From NCBI GenBank assembly GCA_016710285.1, contig JADJXR010000001.1, forward strand, positions 3,086,955 through 3,150,954: a DNA stretch of 64,000 nt, in the 5' to 3' direction. The DNA is from Chlorobiota bacterium. GTDB taxonomy: Bacteria > Bacteroidota > Ignavibacteria > OLB7. Position numbers and translations under genes: made by a program. How positions within the stretch are numbered: position 1 is the stretch's first letter; each line of letters starts with the position of its first letter. Shown one piece after another: positions 47,596 to 57,289 of the stretch. The notes beneath the pieces are model-generated. The model ran no database searches. It saw only the letters and a list, made by a program, of their open reading frames with translations, and was not told where the DNA came from.

Positions 47596-48228
47596 CTAAT
47601 ACCCCAATTCTTTCAGCCGCGATTCCGTTAGCCCCGCGTTGGCCGGGGCCACAAGGTTGCGGATGTACTTCCCCAGCATATCGAACTCTAGATTCACAGC
47701 ATCCCCTTCGCGCAGGTCGCGGAACGTCGTCACCGAAAACGTGTGGGGGATCACCGAAACCATGCAGGCCGATTCCCCCACCTGCGCCACCGTCAGCGAC
47801 ACACCGTTAATGGCGATGGAGCCAACCGGAATCACCAACGGAGCAAAGCTGTCGGGATAGCGAACCCAGTAGAGCCAGGAGCTTTCGCGGGTGGTGGCTT
47901 CGGCAACCGTGCCAACGCAATCCACATGGCCCTGCACAAAATGGCCGCCAATCCTGTCGCCAACCCGCAAGGCACGCTCAAGGTTTACGGCGGTTCCGCT
48001 GGCAAAGCTCCCCAGTGTGGTTTTCTTCAGCGTTTCCTCCACGGCCACCACTGCGAACCAATCGCTTCCCCGTTCCACCACGGTTTGGCAGCAGCCGTTC
48101 AGGGCGATTGAGTCATCAATCTTCAGATCATCCATCACGCGGCTTCCGGTAAGTTCAAGCCGCACCGCGCCCCCCTCGCGAATCGCCCTGCGGACCGTCC
48201 CGATTTCTTCAACTAATCCAGTGAACAT
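47596..48228 (-). CDS. ribE: Riboflavin synthase alpha subunit.
   Basis: MFTGLVEEIGTV...SIALNGCCQTVV...GHFVQGHVD...SIAINGVSLTV is the two-lumazine-binding-repeat pattern. Confidence 0.85.
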   Translation of the reverse strand: MFTGLVEEIGTVRRAIREGGAVRLELTGSRVMDDLKIDDSIALNGCCQTVVERGSDWFAVVAVEETLKKTTLGSFASGTAVNLERALRVGDRIGGHFVQGHVDCVGTVAEATTRESSWLYWVRYPDSFAPLVIPVGSIAINGVSLTVAQVGESACMVSVIPHTFSVTTFRDLREGDAVNLEFDMLGKYIRNLVAPANAGLTESRLKELGY

Positions 48229-48255
48229 GGCTGGTTTGTGTGGTTCGGATGGAGT

Positions 48256-48519
48256 TTAGGCGTATTTCAGCGTCGCGATTTCATCCTCAATCACCTCGCG
48301 CAAGGCCGGCTTGATAAAACGATCCTGAAGCCCAACCGAATGGAGCGACCGAGCGATGATATGAATACGCCGCCCCATATCGTGGCGGCGGTTGACAAGG
48401 ATTACGCGTTGGCTTTTAACAGTGCAGAGACCTCCATCGAAGTCCCCAAGTTCCGAGCGGATGGAGAGGCCCATCTCCTGCGCGAGCATCTTCAGCTCGT
48501 CGTAGATTTCTTGGTGAGT
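48256..48519 (-). CDS. Small hypothetical protein.
   Basis: An ORF of ~88-108 aa (MTHQEIYDELKMLAQEMGL...). No family recognised and the start is uncertain. Confidence 0.25.
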   Translation of the reverse strand, partial: THQEIYDELKMLAQEMGLSIRSELGDFDGGLCTVKSQRVILVNRRHDMGRRIHIIARSLHSVGLQDRFIKPALREVIEDEIATLKYA

Positions 48520-48587
48520 CATAGATGCCAGCAAAATAAAATTTTGATGATGTTGGGCAAGGGTGGGGGGGATAAGAGACAAACCAA

Positions 48588-48680
48588 GGTAGCCGCCCCG
48601 ACCTCCGTCGGGATTGATAAAAGGTCTTTAGCCTTCGGCGTATCAGACTGGGCAGGCTAAATACCTTGTCGGGGCTATTT
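48588..48680. repeat. REP/MITE-like repeat locus E (single copy).
   Basis: ggtagccgccccgacctccgtcgggattgataaaaggtctttagccttcggcgtatc...ggcaggctaaataccttgtcggggc. Confidence 0.55.
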
Positions 48681-48727
48681 TCAAATCAAGACAGAAAGCC
48701 GTTTGGCGCAAGCCGTATTTTCCCCGC

Positions 48728-49750
48728 ATGGAACAAATAGGTGTGATCTTGTTGAACCTGGGCGGCCCCGACTCGTTGGAGGCTATCCGCCCGTTCCTTC
48801 GCAACCTTTTTCTTGATCCAGAGATCATCAGAATCCCACTTCCCAAGCCGTTGGAAAAGCTCTTTCCCAGGAAGCTGTTTGCGGAGGTTGTTGCGTGGCG
48901 GCGCACCCCAAAAGTGCGCCCGAACTACCAACAGATTGGGGGGAAATCGCCGCTGGTGGAGCGAACCGTGGCCCAGGCCCAGGCGTTGGAGTCGGAGCTG
49001 AACCGCCGCTTTGCCGGAACAGCGCAGTTCCATGTGAAATTGGGGATGCGCTACTGGCATCCGTTCACCCAGGCTGCCGCCAACGAGTTCCGCAGCCAGG
49101 GGATTCGGAACGTCTTCTTGCTCCCCCTGTATCCGCAATATTCCCGCACCACCACCGGCTCCAGCGTGAAAGAATGGCGGGACCTTCACCGCAGCCAGTT
49201 CGGGCGTTGGTTCCGGGTGAAGTCGGTGCGCGATTACTACAGCCACCCGCAATACATCGCCTCGATCAACGAACGGATTGAAGCCACCATCCGCAGCAAG
49301 TTCAGCGATGCCGAACGGCGCGGGCTTCACCTGCTTTTCTCGGCTCACGGCACCCCAATTTCCGAAGTAAAAGCCGGCGACCCGTATTCGGGGCAGATTC
49401 GGAAAACCGTGGAGTTGGTGATGGAGCTTCGCGGCAACGATTACCCCCACCATCTCTCGTTCCAAAGCCGCGTGGGACCGGTGAAATGGCTGCAACCATA
49501 CACCCAGGATACGATTGCCGAATTAGGGAAGAAAGGGGTGAACAGCCTGCTGGTGATCCCCATTGCGTTCGTTACGGACCACATCGAGACGCTGCACGAA
49601 ATTGACATCGAGTTCCGCGAAGAAGCCCACCACGCGGGGATTGCGAAGTACGAAGTGATGTACGCCCTAAACGCCGAACCTCCATTCATCGCCGCCCTTG
49701 CCGACGTTGTGGAACGGAGGTACAAAGGGCGGATCCACAGCCACGGATAA
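48728..49750 (+). CDS. hemH: Ferrochelatase.
   Basis: IGVILLNLGGPDSLEAIRPFLRNLF...RYWHP...HGTP are canonical ferrochelatase blocks. Confidence 0.9.
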   Translation: MEQIGVILLNLGGPDSLEAIRPFLRNLFLDPEIIRIPLPKPLEKLFPRKLFAEVVAWRRTPKVRPNYQQIGGKSPLVERTVAQAQALESELNRRFAGTAQFHVKLGMRYWHPFTQAAANEFRSQGIRNVFLLPLYPQYSRTTTGSSVKEWRDLHRSQFGRWFRVKSVRDYYSHPQYIASINERIEATIRSKFSDAERRGLHLLFSAHGTPISEVKAGDPYSGQIRKTVELVMELRGNDYPHHLSFQSRVGPVKWLQPYTQDTIAELGKKGVNSLLVIPIAFVTDHIETLHEIDIEFREEAHHAGIAKYEVMYALNAEPPFIAALADVVERRYKGRIHSHG

Positions 49751-49864
49751 GCCGCAAACCCGGGACCACAGGAACAACGGAACAGCCTTCGGCACGCATA
49801 ACCGAATCATACAGTTGGGGTAATTCTTTCCAAGATTTCTTTCACGGCACGCGCTTCCATCATC

Positions 49865-51256
49865 ATGCTCTCCTCCCTTATCATCGGCGGCGGTATCTCC
49901 GGCGCGGCATTGCTCCACTACCTTGCCGAGGCTGGGGATGATGTGATGCTGCTGGAGAAAGGGGAGCGGCTTGGCGGGGTTATCGGAAGTTACCGGAACG
50001 AAGCCGGGGCGTTGGTGGAAACCGGGCCGAACAGCACCCAAACCAGCAATCCCGATTTCCTCCATCTGGTTGCATCGCTGGGCCTGCTGGACCAAATGGT
50101 TGAGGCGGACCCGCTGGCCCGCAATCGCTACATCCTTCGCGGCGGGAAGCTCCACCCTGTGCCGATGTCACCTCCGGCATTTCTTCGTTCCTCACTCTTT
50201 TCTGCTTCGGCAAAACTGCGGCTTCTGCGCGAGCCGTTTGTTGGCCCTGCCCCGGCAGGTTCGGCGCAGGAGGAATCGGTGGCGGAGTTCGTTCGGCGGC
50301 GGATTGGGCCGGAGTTTTTGGAGTATGCTATCAACCCGTTTGTCTCGGGGGTGTATGCCGGGCGGCCAGAGCAATTATCGCTGCGCCATGCCTTCCCAAA
50401 ACTCCATGCCCTTGAGCAACAGTATGGGAGTTTGATTCGCGGGGCAATTCGTGGCGGGCGGGCGCGGCGGCAGGCCGCAAAACGGGGCCAGGTCCCGCGC
50501 GACCGCGCCAAGCTGGTCTCCTTCCGTGAAGGAATGGGGGTGATTCCCGCCGCGATTGAAGCGCGATGGGGTCGCCAAGTTCGGCTGGGCGCGCCGGTGG
50601 ACCGCTTGGAACGCCAGGCCGATGGCGGCTGGCTGGCGGTTTCGGGGGGGGATGTTTTCCGCGCCAAAAGGGTGATCCTTGCAACCGATGCCGGCACAGC
50701 TGCGGGGCTTCTGGAACCGCACCACGCCCCGGCGGCGCAATCGCTGCGGGGGATTGAGTATCCCCCGGTTGCCGCTGCCGTCAGCACGTACCGCCGCGCC
50801 GACATCCGCCACCCGCTTGATGGCTTTGGGATGCTGATCCCCGAAGTTGAAAACCGGAAGATTCTTGGGGTGATCTTCTCCTCCACCTTGTTCCCGCAGC
50901 GTGCCCCGCAGGGGATGGTGACGTTGACAACGTTTCTTGGCGGTGCGCGCCAGCCGGAAGTCGCGCTGCTTGGTCAGGATCGGCTCCGCCAACTTGTCTT
51001 TGGCGAACACGCGGCGTTGCTTGGTGCCGCCGCGCCGCCCCGCACGTTCAACCTATCGGTGTGGCCGCGGGGGATACCGCAGTACAACGTTGGCTACGGC
51101 GGGGTGCTGCGGGCGATTGAGGCTGCCGCGAAGGACCTGCCGGGGCTGCATCTTGTTGGAAATTACCACGGGGGCGTTTCCGTGGCCGACTGCGTGAAAT
51201 CTGCCCGCGCACTGGCCGCAACCCTTCTTGCACACACGACAAACCCAAACCGTTGA
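49865..51256 (+). CDS. hemY: Protoporphyrinogen oxidase (HemY-type, FAD-dependent).
   Basis: N-terminal FAD-binding [15 protein letters not shown]...[16 protein letters not shown] family over its length. Confidence 0.85.
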   Translation: MLSSLIIGGGISGAALLHYLAEAGDDVMLLEKGERLGGVIGSYRNEAGALVETGPNSTQTSNPDFLHLVASLGLLDQMVEADPLARNRYILRGGKLHPVPMSPPAFLRSSLFSASAKLRLLREPFVGPAPAGSAQEESVAEFVRRRIGPEFLEYAINPFVSGVYAGRPEQLSLRHAFPKLHALEQQYGSLIRGAIRGGRARRQAAKRGQVPRDRAKLVSFREGMGVIPAAIEARWGRQVRLGAPVDRLERQADGGWLAVSGGDVFRAKRVILATDAGTAAGLLEPHHAPAAQSLRGIEYPPVAAAVSTYRRADIRHPLDGFGMLIPEVENRKILGVIFSSTLFPQRAPQGMVTLTTFLGGARQPEVALLGQDRLRQLVFGEHAALLGAAAPPRTFNLSVWPRGIPQYNVGYGGVLRAIEAAAKDLPGLHLVGNYHGGVSVADCVKSARALAATLLAHTTNPNR

Positions 51257-52263
51257 TTATGGCAACGCTTGATACGGCAACGATTGAATCGCTGATTGCC
51301 CGCCCGCGCCGTTTGCGCCGCACCGCAGCGGTCCGCAACCTTGTTCGGGAAACCCGGCTTGATGCGGCAAACTTCATCTATCCACTCTTCATTCTTCCGG
51401 GGAATGGAGTCCGGAACCCGGTTCGGTCCATGCCGGAGGTGTTCCAGCTTTCGGTGGATATGGCCTTGCGCGAGTGCGAGGAGTTGCTGGGGTTGGGGGT
51501 TGGCGCGGTGATCCTGTTTGGAATTCCCGAGGCGAAGGATAGCGTTGGGTCGGGGGCATATGCCGCCGACGGCATTGTCCAGCAGGCAACCCGCGCAATC
51601 AAGCAGCGGTTCCCCCAGATGCTGGTTGCCACCGATGTTTGCTTGTGCGAGTACACGGACCACGGCCATTGCGGATTGCTGCACGGCGATGAAATCTTGA
51701 ACGATGAGACCGTGGAGCTTCTTGCCCGCGCCGCCACCAGCCACGCCGCCGCCGGGGCCGATATTATCGCCCCTTCGGACATGATGGATGGAAGGGTTGC
51801 GGCGATTCGCAACGGGCTGGATGATGCCGGATTCCAGAACGTCCCGATCATGTCCTATGCCGTGAAGTATGCCAGCAGTTTCTACGGCCCGTTCCGCGAT
51901 GCCGCCGGTTCGGTCCCGCAGTTTGGCGACCGGAGGTCCCACCAGATGGACCCGGCGAACATCCGCGAGGCGTTGAAAGAGGTTCAACTGGACCTTGCCG
52001 AAGGGGCCGACATCATCATGGTGAAACCCGCCATGCCATGTCTGGATGTGATCCGCGAGGTCTTCAACGTCACCGATGTTCCGGTTGCGGCCTACCAGGT
52101 GAGCGGTGAGTACGCCATGCTTCACGCCAGCGCGGCCAACGGCTGGACGGACCTTGAGCTAACAATGATGGAGTCGCTGATGGCCATACGCCGCGCTGGG
52201 GCTTCCATCATCCTAACCTATTTCGCCAAACGCGCTGCGCGGCGACTTCGCGAGAACCTCTAA
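51253..52263 (+). CDS. hemB: Porphobilinogen synthase (delta-aminolevulinate dehydratase).
   Basis: RPRRLR..., active-site region [17 protein letters not shown], and the Schiff-base Lys region IMVKPA. Overlaps hemY by 4 nt. Confidence 0.9.
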   Translation: MIMATLDTATIESLIARPRRLRRTAAVRNLVRETRLDAANFIYPLFILPGNGVRNPVRSMPEVFQLSVDMALRECEELLGLGVGAVILFGIPEAKDSVGSGAYAADGIVQQATRAIKQRFPQMLVATDVCLCEYTDHGHCGLLHGDEILNDETVELLARAATSHAAAGADIIAPSDMMDGRVAAIRNGLDDAGFQNVPIMSYAVKYASSFYGPFRDAAGSVPQFGDRRSHQMDPANIREALKEVQLDLAEGADIIMVKPAMPCLDVIREVFNVTDVPVAAYQVSGEYAMLHASAANGWTDLELTMMESLMAIRRAGASIILTYFAKRAARRLRENL

Positions 52264-52294
52264 AACTTTCAGCTAAAACTTTCAGCACCAACGT

Positions 52295-53590
52295 ATGCTT
52301 GATTTCAGCCAAAGCTCTGCCCTGTTTTCGCGTGCACAAAGCGTTATCCCGGGGGGCGTGAACTCACCGGTCCGCGCCTTCAAAGGGGTGGGGGGGACGC
52401 CGATATTTTTTGAACGGGCCGAGGGGCCATATCTGTACGATGCCGACGGAAACCAGTTTGTGGATTACGTTGGATCGTGGGGGCCGTTCATCTTGGGCCA
52501 TGGCCACCCGCGGGTCCGCGAATCGCTCCATCGCCAAACCGACCTGGCCACCAGCTTCGGCGCGCCCGCCCGGCTTGAGGTGGAGCTTGCGGAGTTGTTG
52601 ACGGGGCTGATCCCGGGCCTTGAGTTGGTGCGGCTGGTCAGCAGCGGGACCGAGGCGACGATGTCGGCAGTGCGGGCCGCGCGCGGGTTCACCGGGCGGG
52701 AGAAGTTCATCAAGTTTGAAGGGTGCTACCACGGGCATGGCGACTCCTTCCTGATTAAAGCCGGAAGCGGAATGCTGACCCACGGCAACCCAAGCTCCCC
52801 GGGCGTAACCCGTGGGGCCGCCGCCGACACGCTGGTGGCCACATTCAACGACCTTGATTCCGTCCAGGCGTTGTTCAACAGCAACCCGGGGGAAATTGCG
52901 GCGGTGATTATCGAGCCGGTGGCGGGGAACATGGGGGTGGTTGCGGCAACGCCGGAATTCCTTTCGGGGCTGCGGACACTCTGCAGCAAGCATGGGGCAG
53001 TGCTGATTTTTGACGAAGTGATGAGCGGGTTCCGGGTGGCGTTGCGGGGTGCGGCCTCCATCTACGGCATCGTCCCTGACCTGTACACGTTTGGCAAGAT
53101 CATCGGCGGGGGGCTGCCGGTTGGCGCGTATGGGGGGCGGCGTGAGGTGATGGAGGTTGTCTCGCCGGTGGGGCCGGTCTATCAGGCCGGAACGTTAAGC
53201 GGGAATCCGTTGGCGGTGGCCGCCGGGCTTGCCACGCTTCGGACGTTGATAGAAAGCGACCCGTACGGGCAATTGGAATCTTCCGCCGCAACGATTGCCG
53301 ATGGTTTGCGTGCAAGCGCCAGCAACCACGGAATTCCGCTGCAGGTGAACCGCACCGGCTCGATGCTAACGGCATTTTTCGGGGCCGCGCCGGTAAGCGA
53401 TTACGCCAGCGCGGTGGCCAGCAACACCGGGCAATTCGCCACGTTCTTCCATGCGATGTTGCAGCGTGGGGTCTATCTGCCGCCGTCGCAGTTCGAGGCG
53501 TGGTTCGTTAGCGTGGCCCATACGGAGTGGGAGATTTCACACACCCTTCGGGCTGCCGAGCAGGCAATGCAGGCAGTTGCTGAAGGATGA
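52295..53590 (+). CDS. hemL: Glutamate-1-semialdehyde 2,1-aminomutase.
   Basis: GGVNSPVRAF..., PLP-Lys region LIFDEVMSGFR, and FGKIIGGGLPVGAYGG. Confidence 0.9.
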   Translation: MLDFSQSSALFSRAQSVIPGGVNSPVRAFKGVGGTPIFFERAEGPYLYDADGNQFVDYVGSWGPFILGHGHPRVRESLHRQTDLATSFGAPARLEVELAELLTGLIPGLELVRLVSSGTEATMSAVRAARGFTGREKFIKFEGCYHGHGDSFLIKAGSGMLTHGNPSSPGVTRGAAADTLVATFNDLDSVQALFNSNPGEIAAVIIEPVAGNMGVVAATPEFLSGLRTLCSKHGAVLIFDEVMSGFRVALRGAASIYGIVPDLYTFGKIIGGGLPVGAYGGRREVMEVVSPVGPVYQAGTLSGNPLAVAAGLATLRTLIESDPYGQLESSAATIADGLRASASNHGIPLQVNRTGSMLTAFFGAAPVSDYASAVASNTGQFATFFHAMLQRGVYLPPSQFEAWFVSVAHTEWEISHTLRAAEQAMQAVAEG

Positions 53591-53673
53591 CGTTTTCAGG
53601 AGGGGCGTTGGGGGAACGCTTGCAGCGATCTGGTAACTAAGTCATGCCGAATCCCTAATTACAGCTAATCAGT

Positions 53674-54276
53674 ATGCGAAGCCCAAACACTTCTCTGTAT
53701 TTTCGCGCCTCCAACCGCACTCCGGTTCCACTGGACGTTTTCAACAACGGCGTTGCCAAGCAATCGGCAACATCTCTCGCATCTTTTTCAGATTTGTCCG
53801 TGACCATTCGACAACTGCAACCGCACGACATCGTGGAGTGGCTTCGCATGCGCGAAGCATTGTGGCCGGAGGAGGACGCTGCCGACATCGTAAACGGCCT
53901 TGCCGATTACCTTGCCCCAACCCAACCTTGTGCCGTCTTCGTTAGCGAAGCGGGACCGGGGCAGTTATCGGGGTTTATCGAGGTTGCCATCCGCAGCTAC
54001 GCCGAAGGATGCCGCACCGATTGCGTTGGGTATATCGAAGGGTGGTGGGTGGATGAAGAATATCGCCAAACCGGGATTGGGTCCGCCCTGATGCACGCCG
54101 CCGAAGGGTGGGCGCGCCAGCAAGGGTGCAACGAAATGGGGTCCGATGCTGTTGTTGAGAATGCCATTAGCCAGCAAGCACACCAACATCTTGGCTACCA
54201 AGTTTCCGAGACGTTGGTCCACTTCCGCAAGCCGCTTACCAGCAAAGGGGACCGCGCCCCGCTGGACATCCGCTAG
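53674..54276 (+). CDS. GNAT acetyltransferase of the AAC(6')-I aminoglycoside 6'-N-acetyltransferase type.
   Basis: Blocks closely parallel AAC(6')-Iy/Ic-type enzymes (LWPEED...; VGYIEGWWVDEEYRQTGIGSALM; GCNEMGSDAVVENAISQQAHQHLGY...VHFRKPL). The real start may be the GTG near 53793 (VTIRQLQ...). GC is about 58%, slightly below the flanks. Confidence 0.7.
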   Translation: MRSPNTSLYFRASNRTPVPLDVFNNGVAKQSATSLASFSDLSVTIRQLQPHDIVEWLRMREALWPEEDAADIVNGLADYLAPTQPCAVFVSEAGPGQLSGFIEVAIRSYAEGCRTDCVGYIEGWWVDEEYRQTGIGSALMHAAEGWARQQGCNEMGSDAVVENAISQQAHQHLGYQVSETLVHFRKPLTSKGDRAPLDIR

Positions 54277-54313
54277 CCACACTGCCATTGCACACCGTAG
54301 CATTTCCAACACC

Positions 54314-54703
54314 ATGATAACCGAATCCTGTTCCACAACTCCATCGTTCTTCCTCCGCTCCACTGCCGAAGTCCAGCAAGGGCGGGTGGATTTCCATTGG
54401 GGGAGCATGTGGTGGTTTGGCAGCCGTGAGATTGGCAACACCACCGGCCTAACGCTGGGGCTGATGACCATGAAACCGGGGGCCACAAACGACCGTCACC
54501 TCCACCCAAATTGCGAGGAGGTGCTGTACTTGCAGCAGGGATTGCTGGAGCACCGCATCGGGGAAGAAGTGGTGCGCCAGCAGCCGGGCCAGGTGCTTAC
54601 GGTCCCTGTCAACACGCCACACAGCACCACCAACATCGGCGAAGGGGAGGCCGAGCTGATTATCGCGTTCTCATCCGGTGCGCGCCAGTTTATCCCCTGC
54701 TAA
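54314..54703 (+). CDS. Cupin-domain protein.
   Basis: Two cupin motifs (...HLHPNCEEVLYLQQG... and ...GQVLTVPVNTPHSTTNIGEGEAELI). Confidence 0.5.
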   Translation: MITESCSTTPSFFLRSTAEVQQGRVDFHWGSMWWFGSREIGNTTGLTLGLMTMKPGATNDRHLHPNCEEVLYLQQGLLEHRIGEEVVRQQPGQVLTVPVNTPHSTTNIGEGEAELIIAFSSGARQFIPC

Positions 54704-54754
54704 ACGTTCCGGCGATTGCTGCTTGGAGCGTTCCCAAACAAACCAAGCAGAACC

Positions 54755-55468
54755 ATGAAACACTTCACACTCGGTACCTCCCGGTCGCTTCTCCTTTTGG
54801 CGATCTGCGCCGTTGCGGCCATTGCCGCCGGTTGCAGCCACACCAACCATCTTGCACGCTATCATCTTCGGGGCAAGCCCGCTCTGTTCCGTTCGTTTGC
54901 CTCGGGCGGCGGCTCCTCATCGGTCAGCATCAGCAACCCAACCGACAGTTGGATTGGCGACATCGCCGCCATTGCCGGATCAATCGCCCTGAGTGCGGAA
55001 GCGCAAAAAAAATTGGACCGCGCAATCAATGCCGATTCGCTTGCGGCCAACCTTTCCGTTGGGATACGCCAGGCGGCCATGGATTACTTCGAGCTTCGCC
55101 CCCCGATTAATTCCAGCGAAACGCCGGAGTATCTGGTGGAGACGACGCTGACCGACTATGCAATCCATTCCAGTTCAGAAGGGGTGGCTGCGCGGATAGA
55201 GGGGGAGTCGCGGATTGTTCATATTCCCACCGGGGAGGTTGTTTGGGATAACTGGGAGACAACGGTGATCCCGCTGTGGGGGAGTTCTTCCGGGTCCGAT
55301 AAAAGGGAGGCCGATGCCGCAAGCAGTGGAAGCAACGCAGTTGGGTTGTTCAATCTTGAGGAAGAAGAAATCCGACGCATCCTGAACGATGGCGCAATGG
55401 CCGTTGGGCGTTATCTTGGCGACGAATTGCGAGAAGACCTTGCGGAGATGTACGAGGAAGAGGACTAA
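54755..55468 (+). CDS. Hypothetical lipoprotein with an acidic C-terminus.
   Basis: Lipoprotein signal MKHFTLGTSRSLLLLAICAVAAIAAGCS. Ser/Gly-rich segments. Tail EMYEEED. Confidence 0.4.
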   Translation: MKHFTLGTSRSLLLLAICAVAAIAAGCSHTNHLARYHLRGKPALFRSFASGGGSSSVSISNPTDSWIGDIAAIAGSIALSAEAQKKLDRAINADSLAANLSVGIRQAAMDYFELRPPINSSETPEYLVETTLTDYAIHSSSEGVAARIEGESRIVHIPTGEVVWDNWETTVIPLWGSSSGSDKREADAASSGSNAVGLFNLEEEEIRRILNDGAMAVGRYLGDELREDLAEMYEEED

Positions 55469-55541
55469 GCAGAGAAGGGAGGCAAAGGGGGAAGCGAACG
55501 ATACTTGCAGGCTGAACACGGACAACAGACCAACACTTTCA

Positions 55542-56288
55542 ATGCTACAACGATTTCTACCAATTGCGCTGCTGCTGCTGCTGCTTTGCGCTGGCGGCGC
55601 GGCGGTTGCCCAATCCACAGGGGGCGAGCCTCCTTCCCCCCCCGACACCACCTACACCACCGAACCGGACTACCCCGACACGCTAGTGATGGAGCCAGAT
55701 ATTTACGTTGACTACGAACCAGATGTTATGGATGGCTATGCTGCCGGATTGTACGCAGGATTCACCGCCGAGAAATCGGGGTTGGATCTTGCGAAGCTGG
55801 ACCCGCAGCTTACCGGAACGCTGGTGATGTATGGCGGGGAATACTCAGTCCTGATTGGCGATTGGTACTTCAACTTCAGCACGGTTGGCTCCCATATGTA
55901 TGATCTGGGAAGCACGTACGACCAATTCTTGCTCGATTACAGCGGCTACGGAACGGGGTACGAGACCTCCTTCTTCAAGAACACGTTCACGTTTCGCATT
56001 GGCGCGGAAGCGGGGACCGGAACGCTGAAGCTGATAAAGCGAACAACCCACACCGACTCGACCGGGCATGACTTGTTGGAGGCGTATCGCCGCGAAGATT
56101 TCTTCTATCTGCGCCCATCGGTAAGCCTTGGGGTTCCAATCCTTCAGCTTCCGTTGGCTTCGTTTTTGTTTCGCGTGGCGGGGGGCTACATGATGGCGTT
56201 TGGACCGGAGAACGCCCGCGACCTGAACAACTTCAGCTACGGCGCGCACCTGATGTTCGCGGTCCGAATGCCCTCATTCAATTTCTGA
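55542..56288 (+). CDS. Hypothetical secreted protein, paralog A of a tandem pair.
   Basis: Signal peptide MLQRFLPIALLLLLLCAGGAAVAQ. Shared blocks with the next gene (KLDPQLTGTLVMYGGEY / DLDPDLSGEFIFFGGEI; KRTTHTDSTGHDLLEAYRREDFFYLRPSVSLG / KRPDIVDSTGHEILERYRDEGYFLLRPGISLG). Confidence 0.4.
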   Translation: MLQRFLPIALLLLLLCAGGAAVAQSTGGEPPSPPDTTYTTEPDYPDTLVMEPDIYVDYEPDVMDGYAAGLYAGFTAEKSGLDLAKLDPQLTGTLVMYGGEYSVLIGDWYFNFSTVGSHMYDLGSTYDQFLLDYSGYGTGYETSFFKNTFTFRIGAEAGTGTLKLIKRTTHTDSTGHDLLEAYRREDFFYLRPSVSLGVPILQLPLASFLFRVAGGYMMAFGPENARDLNNFSYGAHLMFAVRMPSFNF

Positions 56289-56364
56289 TGCTGCCTGAGC
56301 TGCCCCGCACCGCACAACCAACTTCACGACGTATTCACTTGAGACCAACAACACCGGAGATTCA

Positions 56365-57156
56365 TTGATGAACCGACAACTGCTTCTTTCCCTTTTCACC
56401 CTCTGGATGTGCGCCGCCGTCCCCGCCTTTGCGCAGATGGGCGATGGGGATGCCACCGCCCCCGAGGGGGACTCCATCATCGTTGACAGCTTGTACAACG
56501 AACCAATGGACCCCGACACCGCCTACGATTACAGCGACCCGTACGACGGAACCAGTCAAGACTACGGCTATAGCACTGAAGGAGAGTACGATTACAGCAA
56601 CTACTACGAAGAGCCATCGTTTTTTTCCACAAGAGATGGGCTGATGGCGGGCGCAACGATTCAGTTCAGCGAGCTTCGGCCAAAAGATTTGGACCCCGAC
56701 CTTAGCGGGGAGTTCATCTTTTTTGGAGGGGAAATCTTGGGGATCAACAATGGGCTTATCCTGGGTGGCGGGTGGTCCAGCGTTACGTTGTACGACCTTA
56801 CGCCGAAGTATGACGAGCTTACGTTCAGCTTCGGCGGGTTTATCACCGGCTACGACCAACAGTTCTTGTACCAGAAATTCTCCATCCGGCCAACGGTGAT
56901 GATTGGCGGCGGCGAGATCACCATGATAAAAAAGCGGCCCGACATTGTTGACTCCACCGGCCACGAAATCCTTGAGCGGTATCGTGATGAAGGCTACTTC
57001 CTGCTGCGTCCGGGCATCAGCCTCGGGTTCTCGCCGGCTTCATATTTCGATATCCGGCTGACGGCCGATTACCACTACCCGATTGGCGGCGGCAACATCA
57101 GCGACCTGCGGAAGCTGAACTATGGCCTGGCCCTGATGATCGGCTTGGGCAAGTAA
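56365..57156 (+). CDS. Hypothetical secreted protein, paralog B of the tandem pair.
   Basis: Signal peptide MMNRQLLLSLFTLWMCAAVPAFAQ. Paralogous to the 55542-56288 gene. Asp/Tyr-rich N-terminal region. Confidence 0.4.
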   Translation: MMNRQLLLSLFTLWMCAAVPAFAQMGDGDATAPEGDSIIVDSLYNEPMDPDTAYDYSDPYDGTSQDYGYSTEGEYDYSNYYEEPSFFSTRDGLMAGATIQFSELRPKDLDPDLSGEFIFFGGEILGINNGLILGGGWSSVTLYDLTPKYDELTFSFGGFITGYDQQFLYQKFSIRPTVMIGGGEITMIKKRPDIVDSTGHEILERYRDEGYFLLRPGISLGFSPASYFDIRLTADYHYPIGGGNISDLRKLNYGLALMIGLGK

Positions 57157-57214
57157 CGCGGGGAGGAACTATCTGGGCGCGGTTGGTGCAATCGCTTTCC
57201 CGCAATCATTCAAA

Positions 57215-57265
57215 CAGCAACGCCTTCCGAATCATCTGTTCGGAAGGCGTTGCTGCTTCATATTT
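57215..57265. terminator. Bidirectional rho-independent terminator between convergent genes.
   Basis: Perfect inverted repeat cagcaacgccttccgaa / ttcggaaggcgttgctg with a 7-nt loop, then cttcatattt. Confidence 0.6.
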
Positions 57266-57289
57266 ATCCAAAGATTCTGGGTTCTTTTT

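Noticed and set aside
54146-54313. N-terminal 56 codons of ORF 54146-54703 overlapping the 3' end of the AAC(6')-like gene.
   Set aside because: The cupin fold begins after the internal Met at 54314, and the upstream part is an out-of-frame overlap.
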